This document shows positions 50,930 through 53,063 of a DNA stretch of 53,063 nt, one piece after another. The stretch's first letter is position 1, and each line of letters begins with the position of its first letter. Both the position numbers and the translations under genes were made by a program. Where the stretch lies: positions 1-53,063 of the forward strand of contig JBIISC010000005.1 of NCBI GenBank assembly GCA_044341215.1, written 5' to 3'. The DNA comes from Candidatus Nanopelagicales bacterium (GTDB lineage Bacteria; Actinomycetota; Actinomycetes; S36-B12; UBA5976). Under the pieces are notes generated by a model that saw only the letters and a program-made list of their open reading frames with translations, did no database searches and had not been told where the DNA came from.

Positions 50930-51802
50930 ATGAAGATTCGCGGGGGGCGACAATTATTAATTGCGCTCGTAGTGTGTAGTTTTGCAGTTAGTTTTTCACT
51001 AACTTCGGCGATTGCTGCACCTGCGACAGGTAGCAAAATCAAAGTTACTGCACTTTTAAATCTTTTGAAGGTAAAAAGTGAACAGAATTCCAACAGCTAC
51101 GACCGAGCCCTTTTTCACCATTGGGCTGATTTGGACTCAGATGGATGCGACACCCGCGCGGAAGTTTTAGTTCTGGAAACTTTCAAGAAGGTTACATACA
51201 CAACTCAAAGTGGCTGCACAGTTTCCACGGGGAAATGGTTTTCGGTATATGACAATCAAAACATCACCATCGCTGGTTCACTCGATATCGATCATTTCGT
51301 GCCATTGAAAGAAGCATGGGAGTCTGGCGCGAGTCATTGGACTTATGGTCAACGAGAAGCATTCGCTAACGATTTAGGTTTCGGTCCAAGTTTGATTGCA
51401 GTTTCGGCATCGACTAATCGTTCAAAAAGCGATCGCGATCCAGCATCTTGGATGCCACCTAGCAGTAGCTATCACTGCACATACGCAAAAGACTGGGTGC
51501 GGGTGAAATATCGCTGGCATCTTGCAATTGATTCAACTGAGAAATCATCTTTGATCCGAGAACTAGCAACTTGTACAAACAAAATTACCAAGGTCCCACC
51601 ACGTGTGAAAGTAAGAATGACTGGTGGAACTGGTTCAAATACAAACAACAATGGTGGCGGTTCTTCAAACGGAGCAACAGATGATCGCTACGCATACTGT
51701 TACTTGGCAACTGCTGCCGGGCTGGGACCTTATTACCGCGGTGTCGACCCGGAATACTCCTGGTATCGCGATAATGACGGCGACGGCGTGGTTTGCGAGT
51801 AA
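50930..51802 (+). CDS. Secreted HNH-type nuclease (DUF1524-like) with C-terminal Excalibur Ca-binding domain
   Basis: Signal peptide, YDRALF.HW, CDTR, DIDHFVPL, FAND, NRSKSD, a Gly/Asn linker and RDNDGDGVVCE. Confidence 0.85.
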   Translation: MKIRGGRQLLIALVVCSFAVSFSLTSAIAAPATGSKIKVTALLNLLKVKSEQNSNSYDRALFHHWADLDSDGCDTRAEVLVLETFKKVTYTTQSGCTVSTGKWFSVYDNQNITIAGSLDIDHFVPLKEAWESGASHWTYGQREAFANDLGFGPSLIAVSASTNRSKSDRDPASWMPPSSSYHCTYAKDWVRVKYRWHLAIDSTEKSSLIRELATCTNKITKVPPRVKVRMTGGTGSNTNNNGGGSSNGATDDRYAYCYLATAAGLGPYYRGVDPEYSWYRDNDGDGVVCE

Positions 51803-51828
51803 CCTTTAGGTATTAGATTGGTTGAATT

Positions 51829-52242
51829 ATGAACATGAAAAGTTTATGGCACAAACATCCAGGTGTTAGAAGTGGTGCAAAACTTTCGATGGGCGAGCGA
51901 GCAGCCGATGCAATGCGAAATGGCATGGGTTCTTGGCCATTTGTTTTCAGTGCTCTTACCTTTCTAGTTATTTGGATTTCAGGCAACCGAGACTCTGGGT
52001 TCGATCCTTTCCCGTTTATCTTGCTTAACCTAATTCTTTCTTGCATTGCCGCACTCCAGGGCGCCATTCTTTTGATTGCAGCGAAACGTGAAGACCAAAT
52101 TTCAAGCGAACTTGCCCAACACACTTACCAAGTTGATCAGGAGAATCTAGAGCTCACCCGGCAGGTTCACGAACTTTCTGTTCGCATTGAAAAACTCACT
52201 CAAGAAGTCCACGCCGAACTTAAGAAACAAAACGTGAAATAG
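51829..52242 (+). CDS. DUF1003 family membrane protein
   Basis: GERAAD...GSWPF and FDPFPFILLNL motifs. Confidence 0.85.
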   Translation: MNMKSLWHKHPGVRSGAKLSMGERAADAMRNGMGSWPFVFSALTFLVIWISGNRDSGFDPFPFILLNLILSCIAALQGAILLIAAKREDQISSELAQHTYQVDQENLELTRQVHELSVRIEKLTQEVHAELKKQNVK

Positions 52243-52243
52243 C

Positions 52244-52612
52244 ATGCGTATTTATTTCCCATTAACTAAGTCTGAAGTATTTGAATTGCAAAAATCCGGC
52301 AACCTGGCAGCGCAAATCCGCATCGGGATTGCTGCTACTGAAGGATTCAAGAAAACTGTTGAAACTGACGATGAAGATGAGCTTGAACTGATTGCTTCTC
52401 TTTCAGCAGGAGATCTAAGTGATTCCGCAGTAGTCATTACTGTCATAGATGCCACCGCAACAGTGGTGGATGACGAAATGGGCGAGGTTGAGTTTGATGG
52501 TGAGATTCGGCTAGTCGATTGCGAATGCTTGATGATCGCAGATGTTGACAGCCAAGAATTAAGCTGGTTTGGTATCCAGGAAATTGATCAAGTGGTTATT
52601 GCAATTTCTTAA
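52244..52612 (+). CDS. Conserved actinobacterial acidic hypothetical protein
   Basis: MRIYFP N-terminus, DEDELE and C-terminal LSWFGIQEI pattern. Confidence 0.7.
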   Translation: MRIYFPLTKSEVFELQKSGNLAAQIRIGIAATEGFKKTVETDDEDELELIASLSAGDLSDSAVVITVIDATATVVDDEMGEVEFDGEIRLVDCECLMIADVDSQELSWFGIQEIDQVVIAIS

Positions 52613-53063
52613 GTTCCTCTAAATAAAATTTTGCTTCAACATCAATCGCATCAGTCATCTGGTCTAGAACCATTTGTTCAACTTTGCTACCGACGAATGG
52701 AAGATTAACCTTCACGTGTCCATCGATTGAAACCACGCATTGCCCAGCATTTTCAACTATCTTCATCTCTGCATTCACTTCAACAGGTAAACCTGGCGCT
52801 GAAATTTCAGTCACGCCTTCTCGAACATTTCCACTTGCCCGCTGCCAAAGTCGAGTTTCATCAATTTTCAAAGTTTTGCCGATAATTGCTTCCAAGAATC
52901 CCGGCCATTCACCTTCAAATTCTCGAGAGATATGAATCTTCAATCCACCGTCAGAAGTTTGCTCCACTGAATGTTTGGGATTTTGTGCAAACGAAAATTC
53001 CATTAATCTGTCCAGGCTTGATTCGTCAGACATCATCCGAATTGCGCTCGACAGATCGCACGG
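52596..53063 (-). CDS. DUF2505-like (SRPBCC-type) protein, 5'-truncated by window edge
   Basis: Frame open to the window end. G.VKVNLPFVGSKVE C-terminal pattern. Confidence 0.65.
   Translation of the reverse strand, partial: PCDLSSAIRMMSDESSLDRLMEFSFAQNPKHSVEQTSDGGLKIHISREFEGEWPGFLEAIIGKTLKIDETRLWQRASGNVREGVTEISAPGLPVEVNAEMKIVENAGQCVVSIDGHVKVNLPFVGSKVEQMVLDQMTDAIDVEAKFYLEELKKLQ

Overview
This is a 53 kb, gene-dense chromosomal segment from a low-to-moderate-GC actinobacterium. Evidence for that assignment: conserved ssb2-ettA-thioesterase-glbO-mscS-malQ-pepN-rpiB synteny, orn next to tRNA-His/Lys, and many leaderless genes. A streamlined aquatic lineage is plausible but cannot be proven from sequence. 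The right part is mostly core housekeeping. The left and middle are accessory: (i) a two-component system followed by ubiA-dprE1-dprE2-like genes and a membrane-anchored phosphodiester-glycosidase (NAGPA-like) gene; (ii) katG, GH13 and SGNH genes; (iii) a 14-gene LacI-regulated catabolic island (14438-27016) with three visible palindromic operators (consensus TGGAAACGTTTCCA). This island encodes a sugar ABC importer, a mutarotase-like protein, two SDRs, a lactonase, an atypical mandelate-racemase-subgroup enzyme, an orphan muconolactone isomerase, a tartrate dehydrogenase-like enzyme, a VOC protein and a ThDP E1 alpha/beta pair without E2/E3. I cannot match it to a described pathway and consider it the best candidate for an undescribed system. 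Also present: (iv) sulfotransferase, GNAT, Rieske, P450 and CotH genes; (v) a three-gene orphan module with an atypical J-domain protein at the 3' end of tRNA-Arg. Three tRNAs were found. No CRISPR array, rRNA, transposase or integrase was seen. All family calls come from motif recognition by eye, not database searches.
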